Source of the DNA: Bacteroidales bacterium
Lineage (GTDB): Bacteria > Bacteroidota > Bacteroidia > Bacteroidales > UBA932
Length of the DNA: 50,342 bases
Assembly: GCA_024689985.1 (NCBI GenBank)
Contig: JAILCZ010000152.1
Coordinates: 1-50,342, forward strand
Direction of reading: 5' to 3'
Under the pieces are notes generated by a model. It was given only the letters and a program-made list of their open reading frames with translations. It was not told the DNA's origin and did not search any database. This document shows, piece by piece, positions 19,570 to 29,978 of the stretch. Position numbers and translations under genes: made by a program. Every line of letters begins with the position of its first letter. Positions within the stretch are counted from its first letter, which is position 1.

Positions 19570-20553
19570 CTACTTGTTTCTATCTCCCACGAATCTCGCA
19601 AGACTGGTAAGAAGATCCTTCTCCCTGCAGTCCGGAATCGGCGCAAGTGATTTCACAGCCTTGTCAATATAATCATTCAACACCTTGACCGCTGCCTCGA
19701 TTCCTCCGTTCGACTTCACGAAGTTGCGGATTTCATCCACCAGTTCAGGCTTGTCGCCGACGGATTTCACCATAGCCCTTATTTCCAGGGCCTTTTCAGC
19801 AGAAACATTATCAAGAGCCCCGAGAAGAGGCATAGTGATTTTCTGTTCCTTGATGTCAATTCCGACAGGCTTTCCGAGGGAATCCGATCCCAGATAGTCG
19901 AAAATGTCGTCCTTTATCTGGAAGGCAAGTCCAAGGTTGTACGCATAACTCTTCGCAGCCTCCGTCATCTCATCCGGAGCCGATACTGAAAGGGCTCCGC
20001 AGACAGCGGAAGCCTCGAAAAGAGAGGCTGTCTTGTTATAAATGATTCTGATGTAATCATTGAAGTCGGTATCACAGGACGAGGCCTTCTGAAGCTGCAG
20101 AAGTTCGCCTTCCGCAAGGTCAGAAAGAGTCTTGGCGACAGTCCTGATGACCCTCATAGGCTCATTGTCAAGGGCAAGGATGTTGTCGATGCACTTGACG
20201 AGCCAGTAGTCTCCGAGGAGAACTGCAGCAGACGGGCCCAGCAAAGACATAACGGTCGGAACACCACGGCGCACCGCACTGTCATCAGCCACATCGTCGT
20301 GCAGCAGGGTTGCATTGTGCAGCAACTCCACGGCAGCGGCAGATTTGTATGTGTCTTCTGATAAGGAACCGTTGGAACAGGCCTTTGCGAAAAGCAGGGC
20401 TATGATTGGACGAAGTTGCTTTCCCGAGTGGGAAAGCACAATTTCGTTGGTGGAATTCAGCAGCTTTATGTCGCTGCCGAGAGACCGCCTCATAATTTGC
20501 CCGACTTTCTCAAGATCTGTCTCCAAAGACTCCTTAATGTCTTTGTAGAGCAT
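19570..20553 (-). CDS. Polyprenyl diphosphate synthase (IspB-like)
   Basis: GKQLRP, LLHDDVAD...RRG, FQIKDDIFD, GKPVGID. Confidence 0.93.
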   Translation of the reverse strand: MLYKDIKESLETDLEKVGQIMRRSLGSDIKLLNSTNEIVLSHSGKQLRPIIALLFAKACSNGSLSEDTYKSAAAVELLHNATLLHDDVADDSAVRRGVPTVMSLLGPSAAVLLGDYWLVKCIDNILALDNEPMRVIRTVAKTLSDLAEGELLQLQKASSCDTDFNDYIRIIYNKTASLFEASAVCGALSVSAPDEMTEAAKSYAYNLGLAFQIKDDIFDYLGSDSLGKPVGIDIKEQKITMPLLGALDNVSAEKALEIRAMVKSVGDKPELVDEIRNFVKSNGGIEAAVKVLNDYIDKAVKSLAPIPDCREKDLLTSLARFVGDRNK

Positions 20554-20559
20554 ATTTCC

Positions 20560-21219
20560 TTAGAAAATCAATGCCACAGAAACTGCTACACCGTTAAAGG
20601 CCTTCTTGTCCTGGAATGCGGAAACGACTGTTTCCTTGACGGTGTCGGAGTTGACATTTCCTTCATCATCGGTAAGAGAACCGAAGTTCCAGAAATAACG
20701 GCCTGAAATCTGGAGCTTCCAGATCTCAACGCCTACGCCGAGTCCGAGACCATATTCCCAACGGTCGATTCCAGCCTCATCCCACTTGTTCTTGACGGTG
20801 GTGACGACATTGTCAACGGTAACCGAAGTCTCATTCTTCACGCCGAATCCGATGAAAGGCTCACCGAATACATATGGACGGAGCATTCCGCAATCCAGAC
20901 CCCACTGAACCTGAACAGGGACCTCGACATAGCCGATCTTGGTGTCGAGAGTGGTCTGGTCAGCACTGCCGTTGATATATTTGTCGAGGGTGGCACCCTT
21001 CAACTGATAGATGACGGAAGGCTGAACGGCGAATCCCAAAGGAAGGCCGATTTTATATGTAAGACCAGCGTGATACTGGTTGATCTTATCTGCTGTCCAG
21101 TCTGAGGACTTTGTAGATGAAGACGTAAGACCTGCGATTACACCGAGGCCGTTGTCAGCCATTGCGTTATGACTGAATGCCATTACAGCTAAAAGTGCTG
21201 TGACAAGGATTTTTTTCAT
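20560..21219 (-). CDS. Outer-membrane beta-barrel (porin/OMP_b-brl_2-like) protein
   Basis: Signal peptide, YVEVPV motif, alternating beta strands, C-terminal Phe. Confidence 0.75.
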   Translation of the reverse strand: MKKILVTALLAVMAFSHNAMADNGLGVIAGLTSSSTKSSDWTADKINQYHAGLTYKIGLPLGFAVQPSVIYQLKGATLDKYINGSADQTTLDTKIGYVEVPVQVQWGLDCGMLRPYVFGEPFIGFGVKNETSVTVDNVVTTVKNKWDEAGIDRWEYGLGLGVGVEIWKLQISGRYFWNFGSLTDDEGNVNSDTVKETVVSAFQDKKAFNGVAVSVALIF

Positions 21220-21231
21220 GACTATCTAAGT

Positions 21232-21546
21232 TTAAATGAGGGCATCAAGTTTAGCGGCGATATCTGCCTTTGGCACTGCGCCGACAATCTTGTCCTTTAC
21301 TTCACCATCCTTGATGAAAAGGAGGGTAGGAATGTTTCTGATTCTGTATTCTGCCGCAACCTCATCGCATTCATCGACATTGACCTTGATGACGGTTGCC
21401 TTACCTGCGTACTCCTCAGCGATCTGAGAAACGAACGGTGAGATCATACGGCAAGGGCCACACCAGGAAGCCCAGAAATCGACGAGAATAGGTCCGTCGG
21501 TCTTGATAAGCTCCGCGAAATTCGCATTTGTTGCTGTCTTTTCCAT
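21232..21546 (-). CDS. trxA: Thioredoxin
   Basis: VDFWASWCGPC, IPTLL; 104 aa. Confidence 0.95.
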   Translation of the reverse strand: MEKTATNANFAELIKTDGPILVDFWASWCGPCRMISPFVSQIAEEYAGKATVIKVNVDECDEVAAEYRIRNIPTLLFIKDGEVKDKIVGAVPKADIAAKLDALI

Positions 21547-21560
21547 AATTTTTAAAATTT

Positions 21561-21596
21561 AATCCAGTCACAAATATAACAATTTATGACTGGATT
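21561..21596 (-). terminator. 15-bp RNA hairpin between the efflux operon and trxA, containing the trxA -7 element
   Basis: Minus RNA AAUCCAGUCAUAAAU-UGUUAU-AUUUGUGACUGGAUU (one U-G pair); TATATTTG at 21578-21571; no strong U tail. Confidence 0.5.
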
Positions 21597-21629
21597 GCAA
21601 CTTGCCCCGGAAGGGCTTGTATGTAGGTA

Positions 21630-21923
21630 TTAAATGGCTTTCTCTATATTCCAGGAATAAGCCCTGAGGCCAAGGTCCTTGTTCTCCTCGTCCTTTTCCT
21701 TGAGAGCGGAGAGGATCTCGTCAGCCTTGCCGTCCTCAACGATGGTGAGGAGGGCGAAATTCATTGTAGGCCAGGCGTGGTTGCCCATATGAGGCTCGCC
21801 GTCGACAGAACCCCTTCCCTGGATGTCCTGCCACTGGGTGAATCCTCTCTGGCCGCAGGCCTCGAGAGTCTCAACGATTTCCTCGTTGTAGGCCTGGTTA
21901 TATGATACGAATATTGCTTTCAT
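21630..21923 (-). CDS. P-II-like transporter-associated protein (PG0541 family)
   Basis: RGFTQWQDIQGRGSVDGEPHMGNHAWP; last gene of the TolC-MFP-RND operon. Confidence 0.85.
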   Translation of the reverse strand: MKAIFVSYNQAYNEEIVETLEACGQRGFTQWQDIQGRGSVDGEPHMGNHAWPTMNFALLTIVEDGKADEILSALKEKDEENKDLGLRAYSWNIEKAI

Positions 21924-21929
21924 TGTTCC

Positions 21930-24900
21930 TTACTTTTTAAGTTGAGCGAGTTTTGCCGCCTTGTTGCGTTCCTGACGGGTTGCGAATACACAGTAAACCG
22001 TAGGAATGAGAACGAGGGTTACGAGGGTTGAAATCGAAAGACCCCAGCATACGGTCATACCGAGAGACCTCCACATTTCAGAACCTTCACCGGTGCCGAG
22101 CGCCATAGGAAGCATACCGAGGACGGTGGTAAGCGTGGTCATAAGGATAGGACGGAGACGGCTCTTGGCAGCAGTCACTGAAGCCTCAAGCACGCTCATA
22201 CCGCGCTCCCTCATAAGAATCGTGTAGTCAATGAGCACGATACCGTTCTTCACCACGATACCGAGGAGGATTATGATACCGATCATGGCCATCACGCCGA
22301 GAGGCGTACCCGTGATCCAGAGACCGAGGATGACACCCACGAGGGCGAACGGAAGCGAGAACATAATCACGAACGGACTCATAAATGACTCGAACTGGCT
22401 GGCCATCACCATATACACGAGGATGACGATCAGGACCATAAGCATCACGAGGTTCTTGAACATCTTCTGCTGGTCTTCGAAGTCACCGCCGACGGTAACC
22501 GACATCGAGCTAGGCACATCCACCTCGTCGAGGACCTGGTCAATTGCAGTCACACCGTCACTGAGGGCGAAACCTTCGTTGAGGATGCCGCTGATGAGGA
22601 TGTATCTCTGACGGTTCTTTCTCTCGATGGTAGGAGGAACCATAGTCTCGACGATCTCACCGAGGTCCTTGACCTTGACGTTTCCGTAAGGAGAAGGCAC
22701 GATGACATTCTCGAGGTCCTCGACGCTGGTCCTGAACTCAGGAGCATAGCGGACGCGGATGTCGTATTCCTCACCATCCTCACTGTAGTATGAGCCGACC
22801 GTTCCGCTCATCGCAGCAGAGAACACTGATGCAGCAGTAGTGGAATTGAGGCCATTGAGAGCAAGCTTGGTCCTGTCGAAATCAGCCTGGTACTCAGGAG
22901 TGTAGTCATCACGGCTGAGGGTAACCTGGGCGAAGCCTGGGTTCTCCTGAATCTTGCTCTTGATGATGTTCGCAATTGAGTCGGTCTCGGCGAAGTCGTA
23001 GCCGTAGAGTTCGACCTCGACGGTAGTCGCGCCGCCGACGCCTCCCATACCTTCTGTAACAGATGCCTTCTTCACCTCAGGATACTCTGTGAGGTCCTTT
23101 CTGATGACATCGGCAACTTCAGCCGTGCTGCGGAAAGGAATGCCCTTTTCAGCGCAGGTCTCGCGGCGCCAGTCGATGCCGCCGAGGTTGATGTTCATCG
23201 AAACGATATGAGTACCGGTCGCCTGAAGGTTGCCGTATGTGCTGCTTGAAGATGCCTGGCCATAGCTGATTGAGCTGACCTTCATCTCAGGAACGTCCTG
23301 CTTGAGTCGTGCGTAGAACCTGTGGGCGAACTCCTCGGTAACCTCCTGGGCTGTACCTACAGGAAGCTGGATGCTGAGAGTAAGACGACCCTGGTCTGAC
23401 TGAGGGAAGTACTCGGTCTTGAGGCCCGGTGCGAGAAGCGCCATTACGCCTATGAAGAGTCCGAATGAAGAGAAGATGACAGTCTTTCTATGAACCGTAG
23501 CCCAGCCGATGATCTTTGAATAACCTGCGGAAATCTTGTCGAGTCCGTTGTTGATAGGATCGAAGATCATATGGTGAAGCTTGCCAGTCTTGGCTCCGGC
23601 CTTGAGCATCCTTGAACAGAGCATAGGCACGAGAGTAAGGGCCGCAGTCGTAGAAATGATCATAATGATCGAAACGATCCAACCGAGCTGCTTGAACATA
23701 ATTCCGGCCATACCCGAAACGAGGGTGAGAGGGAGGAACACGCAGAGCATCGTGAGGGTGGAGGCGATTACGGAGATACCTACCTCGGCAGTACCGTGTA
23801 CGGCAGCTTCGATTCTCTTCTCTCCCCTCTCAAGATGGGTTGACACGTTCTCGAGGACCACGATGGCGTCGTCCACGACCATACCGATCGCGATGCTCAA
23901 GGCTGACATTGAAATGATGTTCAGGGTGTTACCCGTCGCAAAGAGATATACCAGCGAACCGAGAAGGGCGATAGGAATGGAAATTATGATGATGAACGTA
24001 GCCCTCCATCTTCCGAGGAAGACGAATACTACCAATGCCACTACGAGGAGGGTAATCAAGATCGTCTCCTTGAGGGTATTGAGGGAGTTGATGATATTGT
24101 CGGACGAGTCGATGACGGTCTTGATCTCGATATCGCTAGGGAGGTCGGCCTTGATCTTCTCGATTTCCTTCTTGACGGCATTGATCACGTTCACGCTGTT
24201 TGCGCCGCTCTGCTTGGTGATGGCGATGGTAGCTGAACGGACTCCGTCGGTGAATGCGACCTGGGAGCGCTCCTCCTCACCGTCCGCAACGGTAGCGACG
24301 TCACGGACATATACGACCTTGCCGTTTGAGACTCCGACGACCACGTCGAGAATCTCGGAAGGATCGTCGAATTCCTTCTCCACGCGGAGAGTATAGGTAT
24401 TCGAGCCCACGTCGATGTTGCCGGAAGGGATGTTCTGGTTCTCATAAGCGATAGCCTGTGACACGCTTGAAATATTCAGACCGTATGCCTGAAGCTTCTG
24501 AGGGTCGCAGTAAACCTTGATCTCACGTGTAGGAGCACCTACGACATTGACGGAGCCGACACCCTTGATACGGGCAAGAGGTGTTGCGAACTGGTCGTCG
24601 AGGATTTTGTCGAGGCCCGGAAGGGACTCGTCTGCCGTCGCTGAAAGGATCAGGATAGGCATATCATCGGCACTGAACTTGAACAGCACCGGAGTCGTTG
24701 CGTTGTCCGGAAGGGACATTGAGACGAGGCCCAACTTGTCCCTGACATCGTTCATTGCCTTGTCGATGTCAGTACCATATTCAAATTCAAGCGTGATGAG
24801 GGAGATGTTCTCCCTGGACTGTGAAGAAATGTCCTTGAGGTCACTCACTCCGTTGAGGGAGTTCTCAAGCACTTTCGTGACGTTTGTTTCGATGTCGCTT

Positions 24901-25067
24901 GCACTTGCGCCCGGATATGTCGACATCACGAGGATGACGTTGGCATCAAAGTCCGGGAAAAGGGCAATTGACGTATTTACAAGCGAGAAGATACCGAAGA
25001 TTGCGAAGGCCACGAACAAAAGGGCCGTCGTAACCGCGTTCTTCACCGCAGATCTGTATATACTCAT
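21930..25067 (-). CDS. RND efflux permease (AcrB/AcrD/AcrF family)
   Basis: 1045 aa; AIGMVVDDAIVVLEN, GIVVKNGIVLID, RLRPILMT. Confidence 0.96.
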   Translation of the reverse strand: MSIYRSAVKNAVTTALLFVAFAIFGIFSLVNTSIALFPDFDANVILVMSTYPGASASDIETNVTKVLENSLNGVSDLKDISSQSRENISLITLEFEYGTDIDKAMNDVRDKLGLVSMSLPDNATTPVLFKFSADDMPILILSATADESLPGLDKILDDQFATPLARIKGVGSVNVVGAPTREIKVYCDPQKLQAYGLNISSVSQAIAYENQNIPSGNIDVGSNTYTLRVEKEFDDPSEILDVVVGVSNGKVVYVRDVATVADGEEERSQVAFTDGVRSATIAITKQSGANSVNVINAVKKEIEKIKADLPSDIEIKTVIDSSDNIINSLNTLKETILITLLVVALVVFVFLGRWRATFIIIISIPIALLGSLVYLFATGNTLNIISMSALSIAIGMVVDDAIVVLENVSTHLERGEKRIEAAVHGTAEVGISVIASTLTMLCVFLPLTLVSGMAGIMFKQLGWIVSIIMIISTTAALTLVPMLCSRMLKAGAKTGKLHHMIFDPINNGLDKISAGYSKIIGWATVHRKTVIFSSFGLFIGVMALLAPGLKTEYFPQSDQGRLTLSIQLPVGTAQEVTEEFAHRFYARLKQDVPEMKVSSISYGQASSSSTYGNLQATGTHIVSMNINLGGIDWRRETCAEKGIPFRSTAEVADVIRKDLTEYPEVKKASVTEGMGGVGGATTVEVELYGYDFAETDSIANIIKSKIQENPGFAQVTLSRDDYTPEYQADFDRTKLALNGLNSTTAASVFSAAMSGTVGSYYSEDGEEYDIRVRYAPEFRTSVEDLENVIVPSPYGNVKVKDLGEIVETMVPPTIERKNRQRYILISGILNEGFALSDGVTAIDQVLDEVDVPSSMSVTVGGDFEDQQKMFKNLVMLMVLIVILVYMVMASQFESFMSPFVIMFSLPFALVGVILGLWITGTPLGVMAMIGIIILLGIVVKNGIVLIDYTILMRERGMSVLEASVTAAKSRLRPILMTTLTTVLGMLPMALGTGEGSEMWRSLGMTVCWGLSISTLVTLVLIPTVYCVFATRQERNKAAKLAQLKK

Positions 25068-25085
25068 ATTCTGATTCCTCCTGGA

Positions 25086-26105
25086 TTATTCTACAACCTC
25101 GATCTTGTCGCCGTTCTTGAGGCTTGCATTACCCTTGACTACGACGATGTCGCCTTCGCTGAGGCCTTCGAGGATTTCATAATTGTTTCCGAAATGACGG
25201 CCGAGCTTCACGACTGTGAGGGTTGCCTTGTCGCCGTCCTTTACGAATACCTGGCGCTGGCCTGAACCGCTCTGCTTTACAACGGCTGCATCAGGAATGA
25301 CGACGCTTGAGTTGCTTCCGAATGAAACCTTCACGCGGGCGAACATACCCGGACGGAGGACACGGCTTGAATTCTCAACAGCCACCTCGATGGTGAATGT
25401 ATGAGTACCTGCGTCCATAGTAGGATAGATGCGGTTGATCTTTCCGGTGAAAGTCTTGCCAGGAAGGGCGTCAGCCGTCACCTCTACCTTGTCTCCCTTG
25501 CGGAGCCTGGTGTAGTCAGACTCGGAAATAGCCACGAGAAGGTGGACAGGAGTGATCTGCTGGACTACATAGATAGGGCTGCCGCCATAGAGGTCGCCCT
25601 TGTCGTAATTGCGGGCCGTGATTACGCCTGAAACAGGTGAACGGAGGATTGTGTTCTCGAGAAGATTCTCGTAAGAAGTCTTGTGTACCTTGTATGCGAG
25701 TTCCATTGACTCGAGGTCTGACTTTGAAACGCCGCCCTGCTCATAGAGCCTGTGGATTCTGTCGAGTTCGGTAGAGTCGTTGAGCATCTGGAGCTTTGCC
25801 TGGAGGAGGGACACCTGGTCCATCTCAGCGACAACCTGGCCTGCCTTCACGAAATCACCGATCTCGCAATAAAGCTTGTTGATTCGTCCGCCAGTCTGAG
25901 GAGCGATGTTGTTGACAACGCTGGCGATGACGGTAGATGTATAGATAGCGTCCTGAGGCACTTCCTGGACGGTTGCAGCTGTGACGCTGACTTTTGCGAT
26001 TCTCTCAACCTCTGCAGCAGCTTCATTCTTGCTTGCCGAACTTCCGCAACCTACGGCTGCGGCAAGTGTTGATATCATCAGGATTGTTCTGAATGTCTTT
26101 TTCAT
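25086..26105 (-). CDS. RND periplasmic adaptor (MFP) lipoprotein
   Basis: Lipobox AVGC, GDFVKAGQ, LRSPVSGVI, LRPGMFARV. Confidence 0.93.
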   Translation of the reverse strand: MKKTFRTILMISTLAAAVGCGSSASKNEAAAEVERIAKVSVTAATVQEVPQDAIYTSTVIASVVNNIAPQTGGRINKLYCEIGDFVKAGQVVAEMDQVSLLQAKLQMLNDSTELDRIHRLYEQGGVSKSDLESMELAYKVHKTSYENLLENTILRSPVSGVITARNYDKGDLYGGSPIYVVQQITPVHLLVAISESDYTRLRKGDKVEVTADALPGKTFTGKINRIYPTMDAGTHTFTIEVAVENSSRVLRPGMFARVKVSFGSNSSVVIPDAAVVKQSGSGQRQVFVKDGDKATLTVVKLGRHFGNNYEILEGLSEGDIVVVKGNASLKNGDKIEVVE

Positions 26106-26117
26106 ATATCGTACTTT

Positions 26118-27536
26118 TTATTTTTCAATGAAATCGAAACCGATTGTCTGTTCAAGATTTGACTTTGCCACGAGGAAATTGTAAACCGCCTGTGATTCTG
26201 CGAGCTTGGCCTGGGTGAGGGCAAGCTGGGCGTCGTTGAGGTCGGTGATGGTGCTCTTTCCTACCTGGTAGCTGATAGCCGAAATGTCATAGGCCTTCTG
26301 TGCGAGGGCGACAGTCTCGAGGGCTGAGTTGTAGCTCTTCATATTCGTCTCCATAGTATTGAGATACTGGCGGATGGCGATTTTCAGCTGACGCTCGGTA
26401 TTTCTGATGGTGAGGTCGAGTTCCGTCTTCTGGGCCTTTGCCTGGCGCACGTCGTTGAGACGCTTTCCGCCTGAGAAGATAGGAATCGTAAGGCTGAGTC
26501 CTACATAAGAGTAAGGAGTCCACTGATACTCGCTGAACTTGAAGTCGTTCGTCATCGCGTTCATCGTGTAAGAGAATGTGGCCGCGAGGCTCGGGAGGTA
26601 GGCATACTTCTGGATGCGGACCGCATTTGCGAGTTCCTCTGCCTGGATGGCGAGCTGACGCATCGTCGAGTTGTAGTCGAGGCTGGCGTCGTCGTTCTGG
26701 TGAATGTCACGGAACATCGTCTCGGTGTAGTCACCGAGGCTTCCGGCCACGTCGATGTTCCTGTCGAGGTCAACGCCCATAACGGCCTTGAGCTGCCAGA
26801 GAGCGAGAATCACAGAAGACTCTGCGTTGTAAACGTCAGGAATGGCGCTGGCTACATTCGTCTTTGCCCTGGTGTAGTCGAGTTCGGTAGCCTTCTGTAC
26901 ATTGTACTTCTTCTCGGTCTGCTCGAAATTCTCGACGGCGTTCTCATAGACGCTCTTGTAAACATTGAGGGCCTCCTTTGCGAAGAGGACTCCGTAGAAT
27001 GCCTGCTTGACCTGGGTAACCATCTCAAGACGGGATGAGCGGGCCTTCTCCACTGCGAGCTCAACATCCTTTCCGCTGACCTTCAGACTCTCCCAGAGCT
27101 GGAAGTTCACAAGAGGCATTGAAGCCGTAAGTCCGCCTGTGTATGTATTGTCACGGCCGACCTCGATTCCGGATGCTGAAGATGACGACGAATCGTCAGT
27201 CGTAGATGTCGAAGTGGAAGTGGATGAACCGAAGAATGAACTCATATCCACATCCATATACATAACCTGCTTCTTGAGTGTTCTCATATAGCTGCCTGTC
27301 AGGTCAACCTGCGGCAAAAGTGATGCATATGTACCTTTTTTAGCGTAACCTGTCCTTTCGATCTCCAAATCAGCGATTTTAACAGTCTCATTCTCGCTGA
27401 GAGCAATCTGCAGTGCCTGATCCAACGTAATGACTGCAGCTGAGGTGTCTGCCGGAGCCGCATCCTGTGCCGAAACCAATGTCGGGACTGAGAAAAGAGC
27501 GGCCAGAATGGCAAGCCTTCCTAGAATTTTCATCAT
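26118..27536 (-). CDS. TolC-family outer membrane efflux channel
   Basis: ITLDQALQIAL, YLPSL, IPIFSGG; first gene of the efflux operon. Confidence 0.93.
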   Translation of the reverse strand: MMKILGRLAILAALFSVPTLVSAQDAAPADTSAAVITLDQALQIALSENETVKIADLEIERTGYAKKGTYASLLPQVDLTGSYMRTLKKQVMYMDVDMSSFFGSSTSTSTSTTDDSSSSSASGIEVGRDNTYTGGLTASMPLVNFQLWESLKVSGKDVELAVEKARSSRLEMVTQVKQAFYGVLFAKEALNVYKSVYENAVENFEQTEKKYNVQKATELDYTRAKTNVASAIPDVYNAESSVILALWQLKAVMGVDLDRNIDVAGSLGDYTETMFRDIHQNDDASLDYNSTMRQLAIQAEELANAVRIQKYAYLPSLAATFSYTMNAMTNDFKFSEYQWTPYSYVGLSLTIPIFSGGKRLNDVRQAKAQKTELDLTIRNTERQLKIAIRQYLNTMETNMKSYNSALETVALAQKAYDISAISYQVGKSTITDLNDAQLALTQAKLAESQAVYNFLVAKSNLEQTIGFDFIEK

Positions 27537-27730
27537 TTGATATACTTAATAATTAACAAACTAACCTTTATCGCGTTCTTTTTTGTGCAAAATAAAGCGG
27601 ATGCAAAAGTAACAAATTATGTTCCACTAAATTGTGGCCTGACACACAATAACCTATTTTACCACCTTATAGGTCCAATCAGTGGTAAAATAGAACATTT
27701 TTATATGTATTCGGTTCTAAAAGTCGGAAC

Positions 27731-28561
27731 TTATCCGATCCTTTTGGCAGGGATTTTCTTGGTGTATGCCCAAATGAGGAAGCCGGCACCAAGCAGGATG
27801 AACGGGATGGAAAGCAGCTGACCCATATTAAGAGCCATATTTTCCTCGAATCCCACCTGAGGCTCCTTGATGAATTCGATTATGAAGCGCATTCCGAAGC
27901 AGATGATGAAGAAAATTCCGATGAATGTGCCCCTGTAGATTTTCTCGAGCCTGAATTTGTAAAGGCTGATAAGAAGCAGGCCGAGGAGAAGGTATGATCC
28001 CGCCTCGTAGAGCTGCGTAGGATGTTTTGGAAGGGTCTCGCCGCGAAGATCGAAGATGAAGCCCCAAGGCAGAGACGTAACGTCTCCGTATATTTCCGAA
28101 TTGAAGAGGTTGCCAAGCCTGATGAAGCAGGCCGCGAAGGCCGTCGCTATTGCAAGATGGTCCAGAAGCCAGACAAAGTCGAAGCCGTTCTTCTTTCCGA
28201 AGTGCTTGGCATACCACCACATAGCGAGCAGAAGAAACAATGTGCCGCCGTGGCTTGCCAGACCGCCCTTCCACGGCATAAAAATCTCGAGGAAGCCCTG
28301 AACGCTGCCAAGATAATAGTCAGGCTGATAGAAAAGACAGTGTCCCAGACGGGCTCCGATTATCGTTCCGAAAAGGAGAGTATAGAGGAGCGAATCAAGG
28401 AGTTCTTCCTTGACGCCTTCCCTTCTGAAGAACCAGCGGAAAATGTACCAGCCGAGAATGAACCCAGAAATGAAAAGCAGTGAATACCATCGGAGTGCAA
28501 GAGGTCCGATATGTACAAGTATGGGATTGACGTGCCAATGTATAAAAAGCAATTCTTTCAT
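27731..28561 (-). CDS. lgt: Prolipoprotein diacylglyceryl transferase
   Basis: LRWYSL, GARLGH, GGLASHGG, RLGNLFNSEIYG, HPTQLYE. Confidence 0.96.
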   Translation of the reverse strand: MKELLFIHWHVNPILVHIGPLALRWYSLLFISGFILGWYIFRWFFRREGVKEELLDSLLYTLLFGTIIGARLGHCLFYQPDYYLGSVQGFLEIFMPWKGGLASHGGTLFLLLAMWWYAKHFGKKNGFDFVWLLDHLAIATAFAACFIRLGNLFNSEIYGDVTSLPWGFIFDLRGETLPKHPTQLYEAGSYLLLGLLLISLYKFRLEKIYRGTFIGIFFIICFGMRFIIEFIKEPQVGFEENMALNMGQLLSIPFILLGAGFLIWAYTKKIPAKRIG

Positions 28562-28593
28562 TTCAATTAGTGTTCAGCGGGACAAAGATAAAC

Positions 28594-28626
28594 AAAAAAC
28601 AGGGAACCCCGATTAGGATTCCCCGT
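28594..28626 (-). terminator. pgk intrinsic terminator
   Basis: Minus RNA ACGGGGAAUCCU-AAUC-GGGGUUCCCUGU-UUUUU. Confidence 0.8.
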
Positions 28627-28645
28627 TATATTAAGTGAGTGAAAA

Positions 28646-29899
28646 TTACTCGCGTACTGCTGCGATACCAGGAAGTTCCTTGCCCTCGAGAGCCTCGAGC
28701 ATAGCGCCACCACCTGTTGAAACGTAGCTTACCTTGTTTGCATAACCCATCTTTGTAACGGCAGCGACTGAGTCACCACCACCTACGAGAGTGTATGCAC
28801 CCTTTGCAGTAGCCTCAGCGAGGTCCTCTGCGATCTGGAGAGTTCCCTTTGCGAAGGTAGGCATCTCGAATACGCCTACAGGGCCGTTCCAGATAATGGT
28901 CTTGGACTCGAGGATGATCTTCTTCCAGTTGTTGAGAGACTCCTGGGATGCATCCATACCCTCCCATCCCTCAGGGATGTTGAAGATGTCCACAACCTGT
29001 GTGTTGGCGTCGTTGCTGAATGAGTCAGCAGCAACGGTAGCAACTGAAAGTGAAAGGTTCACGCCCTTCTCCTTGCAGTCCTTCATAATCTGGAGTGCAT
29101 CTGGCATAAGGTCGTCCTCGTGAAGAGAAGCGCCGATCTTACCGCCCTGAGCCTTGATGAAGGTATAACCCATACCACCACCGATGATGAGGTTGTCAAC
29201 CTTTCCGAGGAGGTTCTTGATGACTGCGAGCTTTGAAGATACTTTTGAACCACCGATGATAGCGGTGAATGGGCGCTGAGCGTTCTTGAGGACGTTGTCG
29301 ATAGCCTTGATCTCACCCTCCATGAGGTAGCCGAACATCTTGTCGTTAGGGAAGTACTTTGCGATGAGGGCTGTTGAAGCGTGTGCACGGTGAGCTGTAC
29401 CGAATGCATCGTTGATGTAGCAGTCAGCGTATGAAGCGAGCTTTGCGACGAATGCCTTCTGGCTCTCCTTGACTGCTGCCTTTGCAGCCTTCTTCTCCTC
29501 GTCGGTAGCGTCCTCAGCAAGTCCTCTTGGCTTGCCTTCCTCCTCAGCGTAGAAACGGAGGTTCTCGAGAAGGAGAACTTCGCCTGGCTTGAGGGCAGCT
29601 GCCTGAGCGTCTGCCTTCTGGCAGTCCTCAGCGAACTGAACAGGAGCACCAAGCTTTTCAGCAACGTGATCTACGATATGCTTGAGCGAGAACTTTGCAT
29701 CAACTCCCTTCGGACGACCGAGGTGAGACATAATGATGAGAGATCCACCACCTGCAAGAACCTTCTTGAGTGTTGGGATAGCGGCACGGATACGAGTGTC
29801 GTCCGTGATTTCGAACTTGTCATTGAGAGGAACATTGAAGTCCACTCTGACGATAGCTTTCTTACCCTTGAAATCGTAAGAATCAATGAACTGTTGCAT
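28646..29899 (-). CDS. pgk: Phosphoglycerate kinase
   Basis: [39 protein letters not shown]. Confidence 0.98.
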   Translation of the reverse strand: MQQFIDSYDFKGKKAIVRVDFNVPLNDKFEITDDTRIRAAIPTLKKVLAGGGSLIIMSHLGRPKGVDAKFSLKHIVDHVAEKLGAPVQFAEDCQKADAQAAALKPGEVLLLENLRFYAEEEGKPRGLAEDATDEEKKAAKAAVKESQKAFVAKLASYADCYINDAFGTAHRAHASTALIAKYFPNDKMFGYLMEGEIKAIDNVLKNAQRPFTAIIGGSKVSSKLAVIKNLLGKVDNLIIGGGMGYTFIKAQGGKIGASLHEDDLMPDALQIMKDCKEKGVNLSLSVATVAADSFSNDANTQVVDIFNIPEGWEGMDASQESLNNWKKIILESKTIIWNGPVGVFEMPTFAKGTLQIAEDLAEATAKGAYTLVGGGDSVAAVTKMGYANKVSYVSTGGGAMLEALEGKELPGIAAVRE

Positions 29900-29978
29900 A
29901 AGTTTATGAGTATTAAATAACTGTTAAATCTTTTTGAGCGTGCAAATTTACTATCTTTGCGGGGAAAAACAAAAGAAC

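Noticed and set aside
21561-27693. Invertible (phase-variable) promoters at the two inverted repeats
   Set aside because: Only 16 nt lie between the arms, far shorter than known Bacteroides invertons, and there is no recombinase nearby.
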